The notes under the pieces: model-generated
What the model saw: only the letters and a program-made list of their open reading frames with translations
What the model was told of the DNA's origin: nothing
Database searches by the model: none
Assembly (NCBI RefSeq): GCF_041956535.1
Contig: NW_027192201.1
Span: 98,060 to 162,059 of the forward strand
Source: Calcarisporiella thermophila CBS 279.70
Lineage: Eukaryota > Fungi > Calcarisporiellomycota
Length of the DNA: 64,000 nucleotides
Reading direction: 5' to 3'
Shown: one piece after another, positions 1 through 9,283 of the stretch
Layout: the number at the start of each line of letters is the position of its first letter
Numbering within the stretch: position 1 is the stretch's first letter
Translations under genes and position numbers: made by a program

Positions 1-1080
1 GATTATTATCGTCAGGTCAGTGTAAAAATGCACTTGCAGTTAAGAAATACTTCAAGAACGAATACGATGTGGATGTGTCTGTCGATGTTGTGAGGCTAGC
101 GGTCAGACATAACGAACTGCTTACTCGCGTAAGGCCAAGGAAGCCTCTACTGACAACTGCACACCGAAGACGAAGGATGGAGTTTGCCAAGAAGTATAAA
201 CACTGGTCCGAAGCTGATTGGAAACGAGTTGTATTCTCGGATGAAACACAGGTAACATTCGCCCAAGCAAGCGGCAGAGAATATTATTATAAGCATAAAA
301 GTGAGCCACTCCGCAGCCGCCATATAAGATCAACGCTCAAGCACGGTGGTGGGTCTTTGATGGCGTGGAGCTGCGTCACTTCGCATGGCGTCGGTAACTT
401 GTGCCGTATCGATGGAGGGCTCGACTCCGTATTGTACACGAATATCCTTAACGAAGATTATCTTGGATCTTTGGATTATTACGGGATAAAGAAATCACAA
501 GTCATATTCCAGCAAGACAACGATCCAAGACATACGTCCAAGGTAACCAGGGAATGGTTACGAAACAAGAGGATAGATGTGCTAGAATGGCCTTCGCAGT
601 CTCCTGATCTCAATATAATGGTGCATATGTGGAGCGAACTGAAACGAAGGCTAAGCTATTATCAACGACTTCCGAAGAACAAGGATGAACTATGGGAACG
701 TATTGAGAAAGAATGGGAAAGCATAGGTGTAGAATTTGTCGGCAAGCTCTATGCAAGCATGCCGGAGCGAGTGCGTGCTGTATATAATGCAAAAGGAGAT
801 CACACAAAATATTAGTAAAAAAGAGTGCAATACGCAATTTGTGAAAACTGCCTATATAAGTGGCATATCTGTAAAGGACATTGCAACACTTTTTCCAACT
901 TTAACCTCCCAGCATTATAGGTTTTCTTTTTTAAACATGGGGATCACGTATTAATAAAACTAGTCTCAATGTTGTACATTTTTACAATAATCTTCCGATC
1001 CATTCTTCTAGGGTAGTTATTGATTAATTAATTAATATAGGAAATATGACATATCATTGCAACAGTTTTTCGGCAACCTG
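1..1080 (+). mobile_element. Tc1/mariner DNA transposon, right-hand part (left end outside window)
   Basis: Transposase ORF followed by a terminus ...CATTGCAACAGTTTTTCGGCAACCTG|TA (CTG end at 1080, TA at 1081-1082), as expected for a Tc1 right TIR plus TA target duplication. An inner near-copy CATTGCAACACTTTTTCCAAC lies at 879-899. Confidence 0.85.
3..815 (+). CDS. Tc1-like DDE transposase, 5'-partial, third catalytic residue E->V
   Basis: Frame is open from position 3. Motifs WKRVVFSDET, KHGGGSLMAW, IFQQDNDPRH and WPSQSPDLNIMVHMW; 34 residues separate the second D from the position that is normally E (here GTG, 621-623). Confidence 0.93.
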   Translation, partial: LLSSGQCKNALAVKKYFKNEYDVDVSVDVVRLAVRHNELLTRVRPRKPLLTTAHRRRRMEFAKKYKHWSEADWKRVVFSDETQVTFAQASGREYYYKHKSEPLRSRHIRSTLKHGGGSLMAWSCVTSHGVGNLCRIDGGLDSVLYTNILNEDYLGSLDYYGIKKSQVIFQQDNDPRHTSKVTREWLRNKRIDVLEWPSQSPDLNIMVHMWSELKRRLSYYQRLPKNKDELWERIEKEWESIGVEFVGKLYASMPERVRAVYNAKGDHTKY

Positions 1081-1683
1081 TACATGCTATACACGACAAC
1101 TGCGATACACGCATATCGATTGAAAGTCTATCGATCAAGGACCTATATCTCGTTAAGTCCATTGACATTAACTTCATGTAATATATGGAAATTAAATAAA
1201 AGTTTCCATTGATTGATCAAAAAAAAAAACTCTTCATTGCTACCATGTTCCCGCTTACACTCCAACCTTTCCTCAATGTTATCTGTGAGACAGTAAGTCT
1301 CTGACGCGGTTAGCATTCTACCATAGTGCTTTTTTTATCTGTGAATGAATTATATTGTAGGAAATTGAAATAAATGCATTATCATTTCGGGCTACTTTAC
1401 CTAGCCTGACTTACTCCTCTACCATTATCTAATTTTCGCGTACTACACCTACCCTTTTCTTATTTTTTTTTTTTTTACATTCTACTTTCGATCTTAAGGA
1501 AACCAGGAGTTTCCTGACAATCAATTTCCAAGTGATTACGTTCTACTCGACTTGTTATAATTTATTGAATTTTTCACTAGAGATTTTACACTAAGGATAG
1601 CACACAAATTCAGTATATATAAATAAAAGCTGGCCTATATTATTATTAGGCGCTTTTAGAAGCTTTTGTATCCTTGTCATTAC

Positions 1684-2067
1684 TTAGTCCTTATCATCCC
1701 TCTTTCTGATACGGACCGAGGCAACATTGGATTCCCTATTGCACTTTCTGGAAACACTGATAATACCATCTCTTGGACAAGCGTCGTACTCGTACCAGGT
1801 AGCCCTATAGCCTCTGCGCACTTTCCATGATCGTACGTTCAACGACGAGATGTCCGAGGAACAACCCAGACGTCTGATTATCGTCTGCTCGCCTCTGAAG
1901 TTACATCTGGACCAAATAACCAAAAAGGCACCTCTGAATTGATCCTCGTCAAATTCCTCCGAGACGAGCGAGTCTTCTTCTTGCCGCTTGCTCAATTCTG
2001 TAGGGGATGCTGAGGTCAAAGCAAAGAGAATCCCGAAAAGGATGGCGATAACAAAAGAGAAATTCAT
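1684..2067 (-). CDS. Small secreted protein with beta/gamma-crystallin-like domain (Arg-rich paralog)
   Basis: Hydrophobic signal peptide, KR site, acidic pro-segment, then WSRCNFRG (aromatic-xxxx-F-x-G), NVRSWKVRRGYRATWYE and VASVRI; 4 Cys; aligns end to end with 2904-3257; no introns. Confidence 0.75.
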   Translation of the reverse strand: MNFSFVIAILFGILFALTSASPTELSKRQEEDSLVSEEFDEDQFRGAFLVIWSRCNFRGEQTIIRRLGCSSDISSLNVRSWKVRRGYRATWYEYDACPRDGIISVSRKCNRESNVASVRIRKRDDKD

Positions 2068-2903
2068 TTTTTTTTTTTGGATAAACTAGATTCCTTCTCT
2101 ACACTTAATGTCCATTTTACTCCCCTTTTTATATTCATCTCGCCTTTACTAAATCGCTCCCCCGAATGGTGTATTCCTAAATGAGGAGCCACATGACGCC
2201 CTCATATATAACCGTCTCTAAATTTACCCATAAGATCAGTACGCATATCCGACATCGAAGAAGCTTGCGTGCCTATTCTTCGATTTCTCTCCATCCTATC
2301 GATTTTCAAACCTCTATTCTTTGTAAGTAAAACTTTAACGACAAAAACGGTCATATAGCTCTGCCCATTCCACTTGCGTTTTGTTTTGCTCCCATGACCG
2401 AGGCTATACTCTGTGCTTATTCAGAATATAAGATTGCATCATTGCCCCAGCTAAACTCACCTAGTGAATCACTCTACATTAACCTTAAATCAACCCTCTG
2501 CTCGAAATCCTATCGCAGCAAGTATCGTTTCTTCATTCTAAAAATATACCTCCCTTTTCATAGAGTCTAGAAGCCAACCCCCACGTTATTCCCGCATACC
2601 AATAAACTCACTTTCAGCATATGGAAATATAATTTCATTATTTTTCTCGTTAGTTTTTCGGTCAGGTGTTTGGGAGAAACAAGTGATGATTCCGAGCACA
2701 AAACCAAAATAACATGACATATAGGCTCAATAGGAGATCAATTGAATTTTGGTTAAGCATGAGCTCAATGAGTGAACTTAACCGCTAATCATGTGTTTAA
2801 ATCATTCATTAATGGGAAGTAAAACTGAGCATGGATATGCCAAAGACAAGCTATTGCATAATACTGAATACATGGAATGTACTAGAAATGACAAAAACTT
2901 AAG

Positions 2904-3257
2904 CTACTTCTTCTTAATCTTCACTGACCCTGGGATATACTGAGTGTTGCACTTGCTGGGAATTTTGATGACCTGATCCTTCGGGCACACGTAAAAATCG
3001 TACCAAGTTACTTTGTAGCCCTTGCGAACCTTATAGGATCCAACATGAAGGTCCGTGGCATCCAAACAACCAGTTTCCGTCACTTCCGTACGGTCGCCTT
3101 GATAATCGCACTCCGACCATACAACCAAATATGCGCCCCTAAAAGTGTCCGCATCGAACTCCTCGCCTTCGTGGAGTTGGTTCAGTTCGGCCGGCACTCC
3201 TGAAGTTAGAGCGAAAAGGGTGCCAAGAAGAACTGCAAACAATAAGATGGCCTTCAT
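2904..3257 (-). CDS. Small secreted protein with beta/gamma-crystallin-like domain (paralog of 1684-2067)
   Basis: Signal peptide, EEFDADTFRGAYLVVWSECDYQG, VGSYKVRKGYKVTWYD and PGSVKI; the same 4 Cys; no introns. Confidence 0.75.
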   Translation of the reverse strand: MKAILLFAVLLGTLFALTSGVPAELNQLHEGEEFDADTFRGAYLVVWSECDYQGDRTEVTETGCLDATDLHVGSYKVRKGYKVTWYDFYVCPKDQVIKIPSKCNTQYIPGSVKIKKK

Positions 3258-3723
3258 TGTCTCCTGGAGAGAAGAAATCAGGCCGGCAGAGCGAATTTAT
3301 ACATCATGAGGAGGGGGTTACGGGCATGCTGTGAACCAGCAAGGACATTTAATACATACCATGTTTGGCAATTCGCACAAGGAAGCCACCCAAATCACTA
3401 TAAATTCCGAGCCGTTTCAAACGGTTTGATGCAAATGCAAAGTGACCTTGAAGGACGCAGCGCGCCCAATGAAGTAATTTGGTCTATCAATAGTAATATA
3501 ATATACACCAAAGTAGGTGTCAACACCACTCATGTGCCTAAAATAAGACATTCCACACTGCCAGTCATCGTTAAAGGATTTCTAAATGCGAATACTTGCA
3601 CAAAAGTCATAGCTAACATTATCAGGTGACCTATCTTTTGAAAATCATATTATCCTATTTCTACCGTAGTATCAATTTTAGCTCTGGTTTATTGTACAAT
3701 AAGGAAAAAAATCAGGCAAAGTC

Positions 3724-4250
3724 TTTTATTTTTTGTTAAGAGGTTCTTTATTAAAAAGTATCCATTTTTGTTCTTAATAAAGGATATTGATAGACATTAG
3801 AAAACAAGAAATTCATGTAAGAATCGGAAGAAAGTTTGCTATTCTTTCTTTTTTTTCCATGGAGATTGGAAAATAGTTGCGAGAGGGAAGGGAAACAAAA
3901 AAAAAAGAAAAGAAAAAAAAATTAGAATACGGTGGTAGGGTATTCGGCAAGGTCGTATTGGAGCTAAGTGTTTTGGATGAAGAATATTTCGTCTTCTTGG
4001 ACTTGTATTCATCTTCCTTTACACCAAAGTTCTTGGAAATCTTCTTTTTTTATCCTATATGGATGCTGACCACCATTTGGATCTCACGTTTTTTTGCATC
4101 TCGTGTCCTAGTTGTTCCGTGAATGCTATTTCGCATGGTTGGGCGCTGTCCATAATTATCGATAAGCTGGATCGATAGATAATCCAGATTACTGCATCAT
4201 GGACCGTTGACATTACTTTCTGTTGGTGGCCCATGGTTTTGTAGTCTGTT
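3724..4250 (-). mobile_element. Degenerate 3' fragment of a non-LTR retrotransposon (unit Z)
   Basis: Decayed T-run at 3724-3734 and TTTATT; 3' end is colinear with units A and C. The minus strand carries a disrupted frame (VHDAVIWIIYR...KKEDFQELW...PTTVF*, stop 3922-3924) resembling an L1/Tx1-type ORF2 C-terminus. Confidence 0.55.
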
Positions 4251-4266
4251 CGGCATAGTCAAAGTC

Positions 4267-4407
4267 TTTTTTTTAGAGATTAATGGATCTTTATTGAAAA
4301 GTGTCTTTTTAAGTTAATATAGTGACTTGTCAGTCCTCTGAAACAAGAAATATATGTAAGCAATGGTTGAGCGTGTGAATACCATCCTATTTTTCAAGGA
4401 CGGTATC
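4267..4407 (-). mobile_element. 5'-truncated poly(A) retroposon fragment (unit A)
   Basis: T8 at 4267-4274 and TTTATT; flanked by the direct repeat CGGCATAGTCAAA (4251-4263 and 4408-4420); homologous to units Z and C. Confidence 0.7.
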
Positions 4408-4425
4408 CGGCATAGTCAAAAAAAA

Positions 4426-4739
4426 TTTTTTTTATAAGGAAAATGCTTCACTTCCTGATTTATTTTTTCTTTTTCCCTTGGGATGTATTTTTTTTTTAAC
4501 ATCCACTTAATGATATTTATCTGAAGGGAATGGAAAGGTAAACTTCTACGTCAAAATCACCCAGGTACTGCCTCTGGCCTCCCATTTTTGTAGTTGGATT
4601 TCTCCTAAGGATTTTTGCTGCCTATTTTTTTTGTAGCCGCTTGATATTACTTGCTTGTTGCTATACTATAGCGATTGAGTCTTGAGAAAAACCCGGCAAA
4701 CTCTCATGGACGGGTGCCGTCACCGGGAATCGAACCCAC
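4426..4739 (-). mobile_element. 5'-truncated poly(A) retroposon fragment with tRNA 3' fragment at its 5' end (unit B)
   Basis: T8 at 4426-4433; flanked by CGGCATAGTC (4408-4417 and 4740-4749); 4713-4738 is the reverse complement of a tRNA T-arm plus 3' acceptor strand. Confidence 0.65.
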
Positions 4740-4754
4740 CGGCATAGTCGAAAG

Positions 4755-5014
4755 TTTTTTTTTGAGATTGAAGGATCTTTTAATGAAAAGTCTTCTATAT
4801 AAGTTAAATGAAAGGATTTGCACGCTATTTCTAACGCTCAACCATTGCTTACATGTATTTCTTCTGACAAGTCACCATATTAAACGTATTTCTTTTTTTT
4901 TTCTGAAGATGATCAATATCAAATTATTAAGAACGAAGTAGCTTATAGCTCCATTCCTAGAGAATGTCCCGGACCCATCTCTAGTACTGGTGCCGTCGCC
5001 GGGAATCGAACCCA
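4755..5014 (-). mobile_element. 5'-truncated poly(A) retroposon fragment with internal inversion and tRNA-CCA fragment at its 5' end (unit C)
   Basis: T9 at 4755-4763; 3' end homologous to unit A; 4834-4883 is inverted relative to 4314-4374; ends in TGGTGCCGTCGCCGGGAATCGAACCCAG. Confidence 0.7.
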
Positions 5015-5015
5015 G
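4988..5015 (-). pseudogene. tRNA 3' fragment (positions ~49-76 including CCA), His-like acceptor strand
   Basis: Minus strand reads CTGGG-TTCGATT-CCCGG-CGACGGC-A-CCA: T-stem/loop, 7-nt acceptor strand, discriminator, CCA. A second, slightly diverged copy is at 4713-4738. Confidence 0.8.
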
Positions 5016-5030
5016 CACACATTGGTTAAG

Positions 5031-5364
5031 TTTTTTTTTTGATCAATGCCGAGTCTTTTTTGTATAGGAAGACTCTAAAATACAATTGTTACATTATTAT
5101 AAGCAATAAAGTGAAAGGGAAGCCAAAGTTAAAGCTTTGTGTGATATCGTAGATCGAAATGATATGTTGGTCATATCGACTTTTAGCTCAAATAGGTAAG
5201 GGAATGGTGAAACTCAACTAACTGTGGATATCAAAGGATAGCATGAGAAGTGGGGTGGGTAGTAAACAAATGGAAGCAGAGGATAGGAAGGGGATAAGGT
5301 AGGGATTACTGCGTTATCCCAGTATCAGTGCCGCTCCGATCGCTCCTTCTCTAACCGCACCCAG
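5031..5364 (-). mobile_element. Poly(A) retroposon fragment with perfect 16-bp target-site duplication (unit D)
   Basis: T10 at 5031-5040; GCACACATTGGTTAAG at 5015-5030 and 5365-5380. Confidence 0.75.
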
Positions 5365-5458
5365 GCACACATTGGTTAAGCCCCAGGTCCCGGCCTACCC
5401 AAAAAATGGCTTTGAATTGAGTTATAAAATTCAACAATCAATCCAAATTTCAGGAATT

Positions 5459-5531
5459 GGGGGACTAGCTCAAATGGTAGAGCGCTCGCTTAGCATGCGA
5501 GAGGCACCGGGATCGATACCCGGGTTCTCCA
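5459..5531 (+). tRNA. tRNA-Ala(AGC)
   Basis: 73-nt cloverleaf, G3:U70 pair, anticodon loop TTAGCAT, eukaryotic Ala-type T-loop ATCGATA, no encoded CCA. Confidence 0.97.
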
Positions 5532-5538
5532 AGCTCAC

Positions 5539-5544
5539 TTTTTT
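5539..5544 (+). terminator. RNA polymerase III terminator (T6)
   Basis: T-run 7 nt after the tRNA 3' end. Confidence 0.75.
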
Positions 5545-5860
5545 GCGTAGTTTTTGATCCAAGGTTTTAAGATGAACATTTTATTTTATTACAATATACA
5601 AGTGAAATATAATAAGAACACTATGTGGACTAAGGTTAAAAACAAAATCGATTTTTAGAAGGCTACAAAAAAAAAAAATAATCAAACACAACAGAAATAG
5701 GATCGCTATTGCCGATACAAATGTGGATAGTATTTAAATATATCCAAAATATATTAGGATTTTATGTACAATAAGACAAAGAATAGGGTGGACATGGTTT
5801 TTATCTAGTCTCGCTTTGCTCGCGCGAGAATCCCTTGCAAGTGGCCGCATCTGTGCATTT

Positions 5861-8430
5861 TCACACGCCTACATACAGTTGCACCGCATTTGTGGTTGGA
5901 TTTCGCGTGTTGAGAGCCGATCGAACGTCCTCGTCCGACGCGATGGTGATCATTTCCCCGTCCCCATCCTTGTATTGCACCCGTAGCCCACCTGGACTCG
6001 GTAGGGGCGCCGAGGAGGATCCCTGCGTGCAGAGTCGGATCTTCTTTTCGAGCCGCTCTACCAGACCGCGGTAGTTGACGTCCAGTGGGGCCAGGATGAC
6101 GAAGTTGTCGCTGCCGTACGAAATTTTGACTCGGGCGCTAGGAGGAAGTCCAGTGAGCTTTTTCTTGTCAGTGTCCTTGGAGAGTGGCTTGGGCGGAAGG
6201 GGCTGTATCTTTTCCTTCTCTGCCCCCAGCGGTTTTTCGGGCAGCGAGGGGAGCGGCTTGTTATCTTTGCTTGAGGGTGGGGGAGAGGATCGCTTTGAAT
6301 GTTGGGTGAGGGGTGGAGAGCGCCGGGTCGTATCTTCCTCGCGCCAAAAGTACATGCTTCCCGTCGAATCCCGAACCGAGGTCGCGGCCGAACTTGCGGT
6401 TGTGGGCGTGACTGGGCTTACGGTGACGGGGGTGGAGGGCCGCGAGGATTTACCCGACAAAGAGCTCAGAGCAGAATCGATGCGGGCCAGCGAGGCCGGT
6501 TCGGTGCCCCAGTCCTCAGGATTGACCCCGTGTCGATTGGGAGGGGCACGTTCTGGAATCATGGACATGCTTCGGGGCTTAATATCGGAAGGAGTTATGT
6601 TCATTAACCCGTCACTATAGCTTCGTAGCCTATCCTTCTCCTGGTCGTTATAGTCCGCCTCCGACTCCGTGAGGCGTTGTTTCGTCTCGTCCTGTAGCAA
6701 CGAAAACAGCTGGGACGAGCTATGCTTCGATCTCTGCACCTCCACCCTCTTCCTCAGCACTCTCTCCCACTTCGAGAGCATCTCCTCGTTGCGACATGTG
6801 ATCACCAGATAGTTCTGATCCCCATTGTGGTAGTATATTTCAAGAGAGAAATTGCCTAGAGTGAAAGAGAAAGGACTCGGGTGAGTATATCGGCAGCCAT
6901 CCGGGAAATGCAGCGGAACGTGTCAACTCGAGAGATAGCTTACCATTGGAGCGAACATCGGAGATCCGCACTATTCGAGACATTGGTATCCGGAATTTAA
7001 GATGGAGGCTCCCACGTCTCCGTCGCGCGGATCCTCGAGACCAACTCTCCGCCTCCCCACGGGAGTTCTCCTTATTCTTGAAGAGTAATAATTCCGTGTC
7101 GAACAGGTACACGATCAGCTCTCGCGCGGGGGCCTCGTTATGCGATACATTTGTTGTTTCGCTCAGCCGCAGCTCACCAAGCTGATCGATGCACTGTGCA
7201 ACCTCATCATCCACCTTCTGCTTGAGCATGGCTACTAGCTGGGAATTTTCCAGCTCTCGCTTCGTCTCGTTCACGCTCTCCACGACCCGCTTTATCGCCT
7301 CGAGACCCTCCCGCTGCTCCTCAAGATACGGGTGATCCGGGTCGGTGTACTTGATCATCTCGCCCATCAGCAGTGAATACTTGCACAAGCGCTGCACCGG
7401 CTTGATCAGAAGCGACGGAAGCTCGTAGTGAGGGTTGACGACATCTGCCAGCTGCTGGAGATTGGGCGCTTCCTCCACCGCAAGCTCGAGGGCCGAGTTG
7501 TAATTGGAGCAATAAGGCTCATACACACTGAAGGACTCCTCGAAACGTTTGAAGAGGTCGCCGAATCGCTGCTCGTGCGTGGGCTTCTCGGAGTTGGCCT
7601 CCACGCCGAGGAGGAACCGGCGCTGGAAGTCGACGAGAGCGCTTAAGTTTGCGAACAGGTGGTGTGACGTATCAGCCGAGATGACGTTGTTCTCTTCCAG
7701 CTGCTTCTTGTAGTCGAGCATGAGCTCCAAATCCTCCACGTATTTGATCTCAGTGTTGCACAGCTCGTTTACAACCTTGGCCCTTGAGTCGAGAACCATC
7801 TCGCCTTGGTCTCCTTCTTCACCGTTCTCCGGATTCTCTAGAAGCACCCCCTGCTCTTCGAGCTTCGCAAGGACTATGCTCAAGGTTCTTACAACCTTTG
7901 TGGTTGAGAGGACACCATTAAAACAGAGCATGAGCGCGAACGTGAAATAAATTAGCGCATTAGAAATATGCAGTTACCTTAACAAAGCCATTTGTGTTAT
8001 CCTGAAACACGTCCATCACACGAAACAGTTGATCCTCTGGCAATTTAAGTTGATCGCGGCATCCAATGAGAAAATGGTACACATTGGCCTTTGCCACGTT
8101 GGCATTGCTCAGCCCGCTTCCCTCTTTGATCGGAACCTTCATGCCAAAATCACCCGCGTTGAACACGGCACAGAGCGAGACGCCTTTGCGACAAAATCCC
8201 CAGAGCACTTGAAGCGGATCATCGTTGGCTTCAAGGTCTTCCTTGGTAGGAAGATGCGGTTCAAGACCGGGGACTAGCGCGAGGCGTTTGAGGACCGAGC
8301 GGCACAGGTGATAGAGCGAGGGAGTCCCGGGCTCGGACTGTCGCTGCATGAATTTAGCAGCCGGAGGGGGCTGGATGGTGAGGACACCCACGTTTCCTCC
8401 ACGGCGATTTATCAGATTCTCGGTCGCCAT
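5861..8430 (-). CDS. CDC24: Cdc42 guanine nucleotide exchange factor Cdc24/Scd1 (CH-DH-PH-PB1)
   Basis: Exons 8430-7978, 7895-6944 and 6855-5861 join in frame at GT-AG introns; VFQDNTNGFVKV, ELCNTEIKYVEDL, LIKPVQRLCKY and PB1 motif VQYKDGDGEMITIASDEDV. Confidence 0.93.
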
Positions 8431-9283
8431 ATCATTTCACACGGTAGATTGCAGGGGCTGCTGGTCAGTGTGTCCGGTTTAAATAGGGTAGACCAATCGA
8501 GGAGAGCAACAGGAGTGTATTGCGGTTGATTAACAGAGCAAAGGGATAAGATGCCGAGGGGGAGGGAAGGGTTAGGCCAAGTAGCGGTTACATAAATTAA
8601 TAAAGATATTACCACAAGGTTTATTTTTGTGCGATTGTTAACCTAACCTTTGCCCTTGCGGCAAATTAAAACTTCAGCATCAGCGGAACAATGAGAGCCC
8701 GATGTATTTAGCACGCAAATGGAAATAGATAGCCTCAATTATGGTATATTCAAATCCATCCGACCATTGGCGGGGGAACGGCGTCTGTGGCTCAATCCGA
8801 AGGCGCAGCACACTGCCATTCTGTTCGGAATGGGCTATTCCCCACCTTCTTGGATGGGAGAAGAGCAGGTTGGTATACAGGTGGATCCACATGATTCTGC
8901 AAGCGAGAGACATGGGCAGACTACAAGACGCTTTATTTTTTTTTTTTTTCCCTGAGAGTGGGAAATTTGCTCACTAGAAACACCGTAAATGGCCTCCTAG
9001 GCTAACGGTTTGGCTTCAATTTCCATCTTGGTTGACTATTTTTAGCTCCGCTTATTTTTGTCATTTATTCTTAGGTTATAGATACGCAAATTACTTTTGT
9101 TATCTGGAAATGGACCGGAGAATGGGCCATGGATGAGCACCAGTTCACGCTGATGTTTCTCTCAAATAATACCTACGCTAATTCCAATATTGCACAAGAC
9201 AATTAAACGAGTTCGAGTTCGAGGTCATGGTCTTAAAAGCTCAGTCCACTTGGTATCGTGATAGCCTCCCACGCACCTGCCAA

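Noticed and set aside
1083-1229. Additional plus-strand retroposon 3' end (AATAAA, hairpin, ATTGATC-A11, same last 7 nt as unit D)
   Set aside because: No target duplication or further homology is visible; too weak to call.
4399-4417. rRNA-derived sequence (ACTATGCCG and GATACCGTC occur in SSU rRNA)
   Set aside because: The matches are only ~9 nt and in the wrong order; compatible with chance.
4988-5015. LTR retrotransposon primer-binding site or an intact tRNA gene
   Set aside because: No adjacent LTR end or gag/pol, the match extends 28 nt through the T-arm, and there is no D-arm or anticodon arm.
4251-5380. CRISPR-like repeat-spacer array
   Set aside because: Repeats are only 10-16 bp and of two kinds, spacers are 140-530 bp and begin with T-runs, there are no cas genes and the context is eukaryotic; target-site duplications explain it better.
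5372-5557. 61-aa ORF over the tRNA
   Set aside because: Spurious translation of tRNA-Ala.
6075-6620. Long antisense ORFs (also 26036, 30645, 41927, 45081, 61541 and others)
   Set aside because: Shadows of real genes on the opposite strand, with no recognisable motifs.
8680-8977. Short ORFs between Cdc24 and the RRM gene
   Set aside because: Three overlapping ~78-aa frames with no motifs; none is preferred.
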